Shown one piece after another: positions 52,495 to 64,000 of a stretch of DNA of 64,000 nucleotides. The notes below the pieces were generated by a model. It saw only the letters and a program-made list of their open reading frames with translations, was not told the DNA's origin and made no database searches. The position numbers were made by a program, and so were the translations under genes. The stretch is taken from NCBI RefSeq assembly GCF_039654945.1, contig NW_027361788.1, positions 21,514,001 through 21,578,000 on the forward strand. Direction: 5' to 3'. Origin of the DNA: Dendrobates tinctorius (Eukaryota). The stretch's first letter is position 1; each line of letters begins with the position of its first letter.

Positions 52495-55400
52495 TGTAAC
52501 GGTCAACGTGGGACTGGACACAGCGCCTCCAGCAGGGCGAATTTATGACACACGTGACCCTGGATACAGTGCCTCCAGCGGGGCGAATTTAAATAATACC
52601 GGGACGTGCAGCCGGATACACCGCCTCCAGCTGGCGAATTTAAAAAGTACACGTAAAACTGGATACCCCGCCTCCAGCTGGCGAATTTAAATAATAAGGG
52701 GAAACACAGGAACAATTACAGTGGTGGGCCCTGTAATAGGGAATAGGGACATGGAGACCTCCTGAGCTCCCCTGAGGCAGCGTCCCTGCACTCCTTACGT
52801 TCCCTATACAGGCTCCGAACCTGTCGCCGCACGCGAACCTTATGCCCTGACTCGCCCTGAACCTAATCCCTCGCTAGGGCATTGGCCGGTGCGGAAACTA
52901 ATCCCACCACTGCACTAAATCACACATAAGGAAAGTCACAAACAGGGGAAATAGAACTTAGCTCTCTCTGTGCAAATGCTCCAGCACAGAGTCCAGCAAC
53001 CGACTGCAGCCTTCCTCCTGAATAGCTGCCACCAAGTTCAGTCAGCGCTGCAAAGAACTCCCTTCTGTGACTCCTTCCACACCAGGACTCAGATTGAGCT
53101 GAGCAATCTCTCCAGCTCCTTCCACCACCAAGGTTGGTTGCAAATGAACAACTATCACCAACAATGATTGCATACCCTGAGCACACCTTTATAGGGTGTC
53201 ACACCTGATCCATAATTAAGTGAACATTAACCTAAACCTAAGGTGCGATACCATTCCCCACCACCGGGCAACTTAGAATGAACGACACCACGTGTGATAA
53301 TTCTAATGGCCACCGGGGGCTATCACGACACACTTTGGAACCAAAGGAAAAAAAGTTCACTTAATGCATTTAATACCGCCAGATCCAACACTGGATCATG
53401 ACAGTACCCCCTCCTTAATGAGGGGCCTCTGGACCCTCAAGACAGCCCCTCCTTAGGGAAACCCCTACAGCGGGGACGCCCAGACCCTGAGTTCACCCCA
53501 CCCTCACCTGAATTCAAATTTATGACAAACACGCAGCTGGTAATTGCAATAAAGTTAATTTTGGAGGCACCACTCATCTTCACAGCGCCGACCTGGGGAA
53601 CGAGTTTATGTATGTGTATGTTTGTTTGTTATGAGCTGATCAGGCTGCACAACACACTTCCACAAGATGTTTTTTGGTGGCACCCATACACGCTCGTTCA
53701 CACACAGGTCCGGACCTGAACGTTTATTGCACACATTCGTTTGTCATAAAACTTGGTGAACTCATTCTGGACCTGATAACAGAGGCGTCCCCCTGTGTCA
53801 CCACACTCACACCCCCGCATTACACCATAGGGTACACCACTCTCCAACCCTTTCCACCACGAGGTCTGCCCCTCACAGGGTTTGCTAGCGGCGAGGGCTG
53901 GAACTTGCCCCTACTCCCCCGCCGCACAATCGCTGCTCTCACTGGAGAGGAAGGGGTCCCCTGAAGAGAGACGGCAGAGACAGTGGTCTCAAGGCAGCAG
54001 CCCCCACACGACTGCCCCCAGCTGACTACTTCCCTAGCTCGCCAATCTATCCCCGGGTTGTGTTTTTTCAGCCAAGGGAAGCCTAAAACGATAGGTAATG
54101 GCATTCCCTCCAAGACGTAGCATGACAAGGACTCCTCATGATGTCCTATACGCAGATGGATGTTTTCTACGACTTGAGTAAGGCTCCCCTGACTCAGTGG
54201 AACAGAGTTAATGGCCTGGACGCTTATAGGTTGGGCCAGCGTCCTACACTTCAGGCCATGAGTCTGGACAAAACGAGCATCCACCAGACTGACTCCTGCT
54301 CCGCTGTCCACAAGCACCGGTACCACCTCCGGTACCCCGCCAGCTAACACTTCTGCTGACATAATACCTTGGGAGGGCAAAATGGAGGAAATGTACACTC
54401 CCTGGTTGCCTCCCTCCAAACGACCAGGGGTCTGCGGCTTCTGAGATGACACAGATATTTTGGCACGTAATGGGCACGCCTTAAGGAAATGACCAGTCTG
54501 CCCACAGGAAAAACATGCCAACCCCACTCCCTGAACCATAGGCAGGCCTGAACACAACCCAACACCTCCTACTTGCATAGGTTCGTCCGGAGACTTGGCA
54601 CGCCCTGGGCAGATTCCCATGAAATGGCCCGGCTTCCCACAGGAAAAGCATACCCCCCCACCACGGCGAACCCCAGGCAACCCCCTATTTGTACCAACAA
54701 CACCGGGCTGCCTGGGTTCCACCAACCGTACCGGGGGGTCCTCACCCCCGGAGAGGACTACAGGGGGCACATTTTGTGTATGTCTTTCCCTAAGGCGTCT
54801 ATCCACCCGGATGGCGAGGGACATGGCGGCCTCCAGCGACCTGGGGGCGGCGTACTGCACCAGAGTGTCCTGCAACTTAGGAGACAGACCCTGCACAAAT
54901 TGACTCCTAAGTGCAGGGTCATTCCACTGAGTGTTAGTGGCCCATCTCCTAAACTCAGAGCAGTACTCCTCAGCAATCCGGGCTCCCTGTTTACACCTAC
55001 GGAGTCGGGATTCCGCCAGAGAGACGCCATCAGGATCCCCATACACAAGCGCCAAAGCCGCAAAAAACTCGTCCACGGACTCTAAAGATGGTGAATCATC
55101 CGGCAGGGAGAAGGCCCAGAATTGGGGATCACCCTTCAAAAGGGACATAATGATTCCCAACCGTTACTCTTCGCTCCCTGAAGAACGAGGGCGCAGCCTG
55201 AAATATAATTTACAGGCCTGCTGAAAAACCAAGAATTGATCTCTCCCTCCAGAAAACCGGTCTGGGAGAGATATCTTGGGTTCTGGCTGAGCCTGTGCCT
55301 GAATCAAACCTCCAAATCCCACCAACAGCTGCAGTTGCTGCACCATCTCACCGCGCAGCCCCCTAATCTCTTCAGTAAAGGTCTGCAGTACCTGGGTAAA

Positions 55401-56366
55401 GGTTTGCATTAGGTCCATAGCTCAGCAGAAAAGAAAAAATGTTACGGTTGGTGATAATGTAACGGTCAACGTGGGACTGGACACAGCGCCTCCAGCAGGG
55501 TGAATTTATGACACACGTGACCCTGGATACAGCGCCTCCAGCGGGGCGAATTTAAATAATACCGGGACGTGCAGCCGGATACACCGCCTCCAGCTGGCGA
55601 ATTTAAAAAGTACACGTAAAACTGGATACCCCGCCTCCAGCTGGCAAATTTAAATAATAAGGGGAAACACAGGAAAAATTACAGTGGTGGGCCCTGTAAT
55701 AGGGAATAGGGACATGGAGACCTCCTGAGCTCCCCTGAGGCAGCGTCCCTGCACTCCTTACGTTCCCTATACAGGCTCCGCACCTGTCGCCGCACGCGAA
55801 CCTTATGCCCTGACTCAACCTGAACCTAGTCCCTCGCTAGGGCATTGGCCGGTGCGGAAACTAATCCCACCACTGCACTAGATCACACATAAGGAAAGTC
55901 ACAAACAGGGGAAATAGAACTTAGCTCTCTCTGTGCAAATGCTCCAGCACAGAGTCCAGCAACCGACTGCAGCCTTCCTCCTGAATAGCTGCCACCAAGT
56001 TCAGTCAGCGCTGCAAAGAACTCCCTTCCGTGACTCCTTCCACACCAGGACTCAGATTGAGCTGAGCAATCTCTCCAGCTCCTTCCACCACCAAGGTTGG
56101 TTGCAAATGAACAACTATCACCAACAATGATTGCATACCCTGAGCACACCTTTATAGGGTGTCACACCTGATCCATAATTAAGTGAACATTAACCTAAAC
56201 CTAAGGTGCGATACCATTCCCCACCACCGGGCAACTTAGAATGAACGACACCACGTGTGATAATTCTAATGGCCACCGGGAGCTATCACGACACACTTTG
56301 GAACCAAAGGAAAAAAAGTTCACTTAATGCATTTAATACCGCCAGATCCAACACTGGATCATGACA
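52495..56366 (-). mobile_element. Non-autonomous gag-protease Gypsy LTR element; 909-bp LTRs 52495-53403 and 55458-56366
   Basis: LTRs differ at about a dozen sites; TSD GGACC; PPT. Gag-PR frame 53820-55418 has one CAA>TAA stop, two CCHC knuckles (CFSCGKPGHFMGIC, CFSCGQTGHFLKAC) and LVDSGA. No RT, RNase H or integrase. Confidence 0.93.
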
Positions 56367-57341
56367 GGACCACCCCCTATACAGGTAGCGTCAGTTGGCA
56401 GACCCTGGGGGGGTAAGGTACCAAGACTGCTGGAACCAGGTGGCCGGCTCACAGAAGACGCGAGAGAGTGTGTCTAGCAAGGTGCAGGAGGGAACACGCA
56501 GGATACAAAAGTGTGCAAAGCGTGGACACAGGGCCACGCTGGGTTCAGGACAATACAGGGTGTGTACGCAGGGGGCACGCTGCGTACTGGACAGTGCAAG
56601 GTGAGTACACGAGAGATAAACATGAAGGAAATAGAGGGCACCACTTATGGATCTCAAACAATAGGGCTCACTAAGGGCCTGAAAACAACATGATATAAGA
56701 GAGCAAGAAAAAGATCATGCCCATATAACAAGGAGCACCTCAATTATATTCAAAAAATAATAGACACTTTATTGAGCAATGATAGTAGAAACAGCAAAAA
56801 CACACAATTCACATTAAAAACATTTAAAATAGAAAAAGGACCTATGATAAATCATGCCTTTTTATGAAAGCAATGATTTTCCACACCTAATAGTCTCCCA
56901 AAAAAACACAAAATGACACAAAGTGAAATGCATAAAAGCCACCATCAATAGTATTGCACAAACAGACTGAATGTTATAGATAACTTCTACATAGATAGAG
57001 AGAGCATATATATATCATACATATGACAACATCAGAAAGTTGATCAATAGCTATAAAGTGCATGTGAATACTGTCATATGAGCCCAGAAAACCACAAGAC
57101 ATGAAGAGGAGAGTGATTAGCCTGTAAAATACAGGTCCCCCATAATGGCTTAGAGTGAGAACTGGAATTGCCCAGGTTTTTAAATTAAGATGACAGATAG
57201 CTCAATGGAATGCATAAAAGTAGTACCATATGGGCCCAGAGAAACACACAGAAAGGCAATATGTGAGGGGAAAATAGTAAGCCTGTTAAATACAGGTCCC
57301 TCAACAATGGCCAAAGATAAACTGGTAGCGCATAGATTTAA

Positions 57342-58820
57342 ACAAGAACTGTCCTCCCACCTCTCCTCCTGTTCCCTCTTTGACCGGTTACAATCTGGCT
57401 TCCGACCGCATCACTCAACTGAAACTGCCCTAGCTAAAGTCACTAACGACTTACTAACCGCCAAGAGCAAGCGACACTACTCTGTCCTCCTTCTCCTGGA
57501 CCTGTCCTCTGCCTTCGACACCGTAGACCATTCCCTCCTGCTACAGACTCTCTCATCTCTTGGCATCACAGACCTGGCCCTATCGTGGATCTCATCATAC
57601 CTAACAGACCGAACATTTAGTGTCTCCCTCTCACACACCACCTCCTCACCTCACCCCCTGTCTGTCAGTGTTCCCCAAGGCTCTGTCCTAGGACCCCTAC
57701 TATTCTCCATCTATACCTTCGGCTTGGGACAGCTCATAGAATCCCACGGTTTGCAGTATCACCTCTATGCCGATGACACGCAGATCTACCTATCTGGACC
57801 CGACCTCGCCTCCTTACTGACTGAAATCCCACAATGTCTGTCTGCTATCTCAGCCTTCTTCTCTGCTCGCTTTCTCAAACTGAACATGGACAAAACAGAA
57901 TTCATCATCTTTCCCCCATCTCACTCTACCCCTCCACCATCAATGTCAACGGCTGCTTTTTTTCCCCAGTCCCGTACGCTCGGTGCCTTGGCGTGATCCT
58001 CGACTCTGCGCTCTCTTTCAAACCACATATCCAAGCCCTCGCCTCCTCCTGCCACCTCAAACTCAAAAATATTTCCTGGATCCGCTCATTCCTCAACCAC
58101 AAAACCACAAAAACACTAGTGCATGCTCTTATCTCCCGCCTCGACTACTGCAACCTCCTACTCTCTGGACTCCCCTCTAGCACTCTGGCTCCGCTTCAGT
58201 CCATCCTACACTCTGCTGCCCGACTAATCCACCTGTCTCCCCGCTATTCCCCAGCCTCCCCCTATGCCAGGCCCTTCACTGGCTTCCTATCGCCCAGAGG
58301 CTCCAATTCAAAACCCTAACCATGACATACAAAGCCATCCACAACCTGTCTCCTCCATACATCTGTGACATGGTCTCTAGGTACCTGCCCGCACGCAACC
58401 TTCGATCATCTCAAGATCTCCTTCTCTACTCCCCCATTATCTCTTCTTCCCACAACCGCATACAAGACTTCTCCCGTGCTTCCCCCATACTCTGGAACTC
58501 TCTGCTGCAACACATCAGACTCTCACCATCAACAGAAACCTTCAAGAAGAACCTGAAGACCCACCTGTTCTGACAAGCCTACAGCCTGCAATGATCCTCG
58601 GTCTACTGAACCACCGCATGACCTGCTCTACCCTCTCCTACTGTATCTTCACCCATCCCTGTAGACTGTGAGCCCTCGCGGGCAGGGTCCCCTCTCCTTA
58701 TGTACTTGTGTGTCCCTTGTCTTACACATGTTTACTATACTTGTCTATATTTCCCCTTTTCACATGTAAAGCGCAACGGAATAAATGGCGCTATATAAAT
58801 GCATAATAATAATAATAATA
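57342..58820 (+). mobile_element. L2-clade LINE 3' fragment with (TAA)n tail
   Basis: [60 protein letters not shown]; same family as 26432-27625. Confidence 0.92.
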
Positions 58821-60126
58821 ACAACAAACGCATTCCCAGGCTGAAGTGCGCTTCACACATCAAGGTAAATGTGGAACCCAGAATCTAAGCCAGAGAAAGA
58901 AGGTGTGGGATAGGTTCCCACGCGTATCGCCACAATTGTGGCTTCCTCATGGAAAAAATAGCATGCTCTTCTTAGCGTTTGTGAAGTACAGTATATATAC
59001 ACACATGTATAATTAGAATATGTTATTCACTTGTACAAATGGAGACCACGAGACGCCGCAAGGAGAGGTATGGACGCGGCCATCTTGTCAATGTCTATGC
59101 ATAAAGTGAATAAAGTTCGATTGAAAATGTGTTCTGCGCATGCGCAGAATGTCAAGGACATAGTGAACGTTTCAGAGACCAAATGCAGACACAATCAGCT
59201 GTGCATGCGCTGGACATGACGTATTTGTAGACACCTCCCTATTAGATACCCAATAACTGTATATATACACGCGTTTATAGTAAACATTACAGATACAAGG
59301 TGCAGTTAGAGAGAGCTGCGTACATGTAGACATGAGGTAATAATGTAGGTGCGTCAAAATCATTTGTTACAGATTATAAATGAATCATTCAAGGATTCAA
59401 AAATTTCACTATTGCGCATGTGTGGGATATAACCAGGCGGTACAATGCATTGAGAGCTGTCTGTGAGAACAGAGAAGCCCCTGCGCATGAGTAAATGACA
59501 GATGGACTCATCTGGTCATATTAAATACCAATGAACAAATATGCGCACGTCATTCATTCATAAGATATGCACGCCTAGTATCCTTATGACGCATAGAAAT
59601 GCTGCAGCGCACGTGCACTCAAGTTGAACATGAACTCTCTAAAAAGAGTAAAAAAATGCACATAGCCATATTTATTTCTCTCATTACACAAGAGTAGAGG
59701 CATAGAAAATGCCGCACTATTCTTAATGAGTATGTCACACATGGAACAAGCAGGATATATTTATAAAATATTAGACACTTACTACATATATATATATATC
59801 TTCGAATAAAGCATACCCGTGTGCAAGGCATGAAACATGCGATACACAATTTTAAATTGGGGTAAGCTGTGTTTGATAAATTCATTACCACGCATATGTT
59901 TAACGTGGGAAAAATAACGCAAGTATGTTAGAGATGTCTAGTCACAAAAGCAGGACAAAAAATATAGATCACTAGTATGCTCACATGGTGCAAGTGGAAG
60001 TGAAAGATTGCGAACACAATGTCCCATTATGAGATATATACTCGATAAACCCAGGAACCACAGATACTGTATATACACATGTGTAACGCAAAAACTACCA
60101 TTCCTACAACAAAAGATAATAAAATT

Positions 60127-62071
60127 TTAAAAAGGAGAAAACGGAGTGACGGATCCAAAATATATGCAAAAGTATAAATTTTATTAGTACTCACATCAAG
60201 TGCTGACAAGTATACAAGTTGACTAAAATAGGGGGGATAAGCCCCAATGATACAACAATCAGGACAGACAAGGACAGGGTAAATAAAATGATACCAGTGC
60301 TCGAAATCTACATGGCACAACGTTCAGTCAGCCCATGGGCATTGCACATAACAGACATATGTCTAATGGTAAAAGATAGTCAAATATGGCATACTCAATT
60401 AAATGTGTATTGTACATAGTTTTATTTTTTAGGCCCTATCAACGTTCGGTTTGTATGATTTTAACTTTTTGTCTTTTTATATTTTTTTTAGTTTCCCTGT
60501 GTTTTCTGTGTTGGCTACATGTGGACTCACTGGTACCATTGTGTGGTGTGGACCCCTCTATTCTGGATGTCCGTACCCACGCCTGCGTTTATTATCTGTT
60601 GGATCTGGAAAGAATATCTACCTTCATCATCGTTTCACAGCATATTGATATTATGGAGAATGCGGACACTCCATCGTGTTCGGGTCACTCATCTATTACT
60701 ATATAAAAAAAAAAAAGTTTCTCTGGACTGTTGCATCAATCTTATTGTGTGCCTTTACAATCCTTACTGGTGCTCTGGATTTTTGGTAGCACACACTATC
60801 ATATAATGTGTTTATATTGTTTGCCCCAATTATGATTGATGTCACTATCTTTACTGTATTTCCTCCATGGTCTGTCTTCGTGACCTTGGTTTATTATTTA
60901 TTTTTTATTTATTTTATTTTTTTAAAAATTTTTTTTTTTTTTTTATATTTTTTTTTTTATTTTTTAATTTTCTTCTCCTGATTCTTTATGCTGTGACCTT
61001 AGTGCGCATACCTGCGCTCACCCGTTGCTCCGATATGGGTTTGGGCGTCTGCCCGCCTCAGGTTATACACGGGGTCAATTTCCCTCTGTGTTTTCCCTGA
61101 CGCGTGACGCCTGCCCCATTTCCTGGAGGACTGAGGTGTTGCACTGAGTAGGCGCCGCTATTATGGTCTGATTACATCTTTATCATTCATTGAGCTCTGA
61201 CACTTTTTGTCAACGCAATACACTGCGCAGGCGTCTAGGGTAACGATGCTATCTAGTTTTTCATATGAGTGCGGTTTTGTCCCGCCTTTTTTTTTTTTTT
61301 TTGTGACCATACTATTGATCACTTCCTGGTTTGAGTGAGCTGCACTGCGCATGCTCTGTCCGCTGCCTTTGGTTGGTAGACCTGCCCCATGTGACCGCTT
61401 TCAAGTGGGAGGTCTTTCTGCATAAAAACATGGTGGTTCACCTCAGTCAACACTCCCTTGATAAAGCGCCTGTGGCGGGCGCGAAACGTACGTCGGGGGT
61501 CGTTGCATGGGCCTTCACCTCCTCTGCTCCCCGGTAAGCAGCCTGCCTTTACTTGTTTCCACACTTCGGTCATTTGGACCGCTGGGCGGGTCGTCTCCCG
61601 GGTTCTCTCTGGCACAATTGCGCAGTTTTTGATATGCTGATACATATGTTATTAACTATTTAAGAATCCTTTCACATGTCATTGATTCATTTATGTTCAG
61701 TGTCGATTGGACTTGCACATTGACCCCTCTGGATGTTTTTTTTTTTTTTTGTTTTGTTTTTTTTTGGCGCTCTAGACATGTACAACTATGTACAATACAC
61801 ATTTAATTGAGTATGCCATATTTGACTATCTTTTACCATTAGACATATGTCTGTTATGTGCAATGCCCATGGGCTGACTGAACGTTGTGCCATGTAGATT
61901 TCGAGCACTGGTTATTTACCCTGTCCTTGTCTGTCCTGATTGTTGTATCATTGGGGCTTATCCCCCCTATTTTAGTCAACTTGTATACTTGTCAGCACTT
62001 GATGTGAGTACTAATAAAATTTATACTTTTGCATATATTTTGTATCCGTTACTCCGTTTTCTCCTTTTTAA
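60127..62071. repeat. ~290-bp inverted repeat pair (60127-60421 / 61784-62071) in the Penelope-like 5' region
   Basis: Near-identical reverse-complement copies visible directly. Confidence 0.85.
61452..61500 (+). ncRNA. Minimal type I hammerhead ribozyme (PLE-type variant core)
   Basis: ACTCCC-TTGATAAA-GCGCCTG(TGG)CGGGCGC-GAAAC-GTAC-GTC-GGGGGT gives stems I and II, a palindromic stem III and a GUC cleavage triplet. Confidence 0.7.
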
Positions 62072-62210
62072 GATTAGCATATGGAGTGGTAATCCATGCA
62101 CAAGGCGTTTTTGGACCATGGTCACCGCCTTGTCTCGTTCTCTGATACTGGGCATTATCATATATGTATTGATTGTATCTGTGTTTTTCACAGAATTTTC
62201 CTGCCCAAAT

Positions 62211-64000
62211 ATGGATTTTCGTGCACGCGACACGACGTGGCGTGCGCAGCTTAATGATGCTTTCCAGGACAGTAGTGGCGGGGACACTGGTGGTTGCAGC
62301 GGTGATATGCAAGCAGCTATGTTAAAATTCAGAGATCTGCTCAGGAAACGCACACGCATATGGTGGAACCATGAATTTCTTGACAAATATATTCAGAATA
62401 ATCTTATCCCTAGGGGTCTGCGTATCCAGGTCTTCCCCTCTTTCCCCATTCAGGATGATGATTTCAAAGCCAAGTGGGAGGAGTTGGCCAATGTATGTTC
62501 TATGGGTTTTTTGGACCTATTGAAAACACAAAATAAAAAAACGCTTACTCTTCTTGAGAGTGAGATCGAAATTATTCAATTGGATTTACAAAAAGGCTTA
62601 ACTGGGGAATCACTCAAAAAGTTTAACGATGAACTTGATGTTGACCTCCAAAAATGGGCCCAAGAAACACAAGCAACCAAGACGAAGAAACTCAAACGAG
62701 ATATACAGGATAAATTAACGCCCCATGTGTACAGATGGCGCCATCCTCCTGATAGATCCAGACAGTTACATAGGAGTATGTCACGTTCTCGATCTAGATC
62801 TACATCTATTAAATCCACTGTTTCTGTTGACGACGAGGCATCGGTGCAGCTGTCTCATCCAGGTGGTACCCTCAGCTCCAGCTCTGACCCCGTAACTAAA
62901 CGTGTGGTTACACGGCAATCTGCCAGAAAGAAGACATACACCGGACGCAATTTTACTGATTACTCAGCTGGTGGCCTTCAGGTAGTTAACCTCTCAACAC
63001 ATGCTCTTACACAACCCCAGTTGGAGGTTTTGAGTCGTGGACTGACTTTCTCCCCCACTAATCCTTTTAACTTTTTTGTAGCACTGAAGGATCTTCACCT
63101 GTTCTCCAGAAAGCTACTATTACGCAAGCTACACCATAAGAATATCTCTCAGGAGTCGTTGACGGAGAGTGAGATGGAGGCACTTCGAGTTTTGGAGGAT
63201 CTTCTCGATGAGCAGACACCACCAAGTAGGAGTAAGTTTCCTCCACACGTTTTGCCGAAATCCACGAGATTCCCCCCCCTGTCTCTCAGTCCCGCCATCG
63301 ACATTTTCACAAAACTAGTCGCAGAGGATTTCAGAAAATTACCATCTAGACGTAAATTTGACAACCTCACATGGAGACAGCGGAACGCTATCTCCGAATT
63401 ACAATCACTTTCGGGGGTGGTTTTCAAACCTGCTGACAAGGGGGGGAATGTCGTGGTATGGCCTACACATATGTATGAACGTGAGGCACATAGGCAATTG
63501 AGAAACCGTAATACTTACGAAAGGTTATCCTATAACCCGACTGCCTCCTTCTCACTCTCCCTTCAGCGTATTCTTGTTCGAGCTTTGGAGGGGGGTATTA
63601 TAACCAAAACGGTCTTTGAGGGGCTGATGGTCCGAACCCCAAAGACACCCACCTTCTATCTCTTGCCTAAGATCCACAAGGACGCCGTCGAGCCGCCTGG
63701 CCGTCCGATTGTGTCTGGTATTGAAGGGCTCTGTGACCCAGTATGTAAATTTCTTGACTTCTACCTCAAACCACTGGTTGAATTATTACCATCTTACATT
63801 AAAGACACAACGGACGTCCTCACGCGGGTTGACGGCGTCCTTGTGGACGGTCATACCTTTTTGGTGACCGCGGACGTAGAGTCCCTTTATACATGTATTG
63901 ACCATACCCTCGGTTTGGATGCGGTCCGCCTCTTCATGGGGATGTCCGACCTGGACGGCCCGATGTGTGGACTACTCCTTGAGCTGCTGCAGTTTGTCCT
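62211..64000 (+). CDS. Penelope-like retroelement ORF (N-terminal domain plus reverse transcriptase), open to the window edge
   Basis: ATG at 62211, no stop in ~596 codons. Motifs IPRGLRI, VVNLS..L..GLTFSPT, KPADKGGNVVVW, PTFYLLPKIHK, PPGRPIVSG, SYIKDTTD, LVTADVESLYTCI. Not in the ORF track, presumably because no stop codon falls in the window. Confidence 0.9.
   Translation, partial: MDFRARDTTWRAQLNDAFQDSSGGDTGGCSGDMQAAMLKFRDLLRKRTRIWWNHEFLDKYIQNNLIPRGLRIQVFPSFPIQDDDFKAKWEELANVCSMGFLDLLKTQNKKTLTLLESEIEIIQLDLQKGLTGESLKKFNDELDVDLQKWAQETQATKTKKLKRDIQDKLTPHVYRWRHPPDRSRQLHRSMSRSRSRSTSIKSTVSVDDEASVQLSHPGGTLSSSSDPVTKRVVTRQSARKKTYTGRNFTDYSAGGLQVVNLSTHALTQPQLEVLSRGLTFSPTNPFNFFVALKDLHLFSRKLLLRKLHHKNISQESLTESEMEALRVLEDLLDEQTPPSRSKFPPHVLPKSTRFPPLSLSPAIDIFTKLVAEDFRKLPSRRKFDNLTWRQRNAISELQSLSGVVFKPADKGGNVVVWPTHMYEREAHRQLRNRNTYERLSYNPTASFSLSLQRILVRALEGGIITKTVFEGLMVRTPKTPTFYLLPKIHKDAVEPPGRPIVSGIEGLCDPVCKFLDFYLKPLVELLPSYIKDTTDVLTRVDGVLVDGHTFLVTADVESLYTCIDHTLGLDAVRLFMGMSDLDGPMCGLLLELLQFV

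Noticed and set aside
53820-55418. Domesticated PEG10/RTL-like host gene
   Set aside because: It is still flanked by near-identical LTRs and a TSD and carries a nonsense codon, so it is a transposon copy.

Overview
Vertebrate, almost certainly anuran (frog), genomic DNA with one 480-N scaffold gap (46486-46965). It holds three spliced host genes, all on the + strand. These are ribc1 (7 coding exons, 379 aa, RFX X-box promoter), hsd17b10 (6 coding exons, 260 aa) and a ficolin-like gene. The ficolin shows 7 exons, exon 6 has a 2-nt frameshift, and the terminal exon is not in the window. The rest is dense, nested transposable elements: four Tf1/sushi-type Gypsy LTR elements (one near full-length with chromo-integrase, one gag-protease-only, one gag-only, one cut by the window edge), solo LTRs, three Tc1/mariner elements, hAT, Harbinger-type and TTAA MITEs, a Helitron 3' end, L2/CR1 LINE pieces, a tRNA-SINE, minisatellites, and a Penelope-like element. 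The Penelope-like ORF is uninterrupted to the window edge and is preceded by a minimal hammerhead ribozyme and a putative 5' intron. The most striking pattern is that none of the four LTR elements has a tRNA primer site. In each, the PBS is instead complementary to a 10-11 nt tract 28-31 nt downstream of its own LTR TATA box, with three different co-varying sequences. This is a self-priming signature, and the RT-less elements keep it too. All calls were made by eye; no database searches were run.
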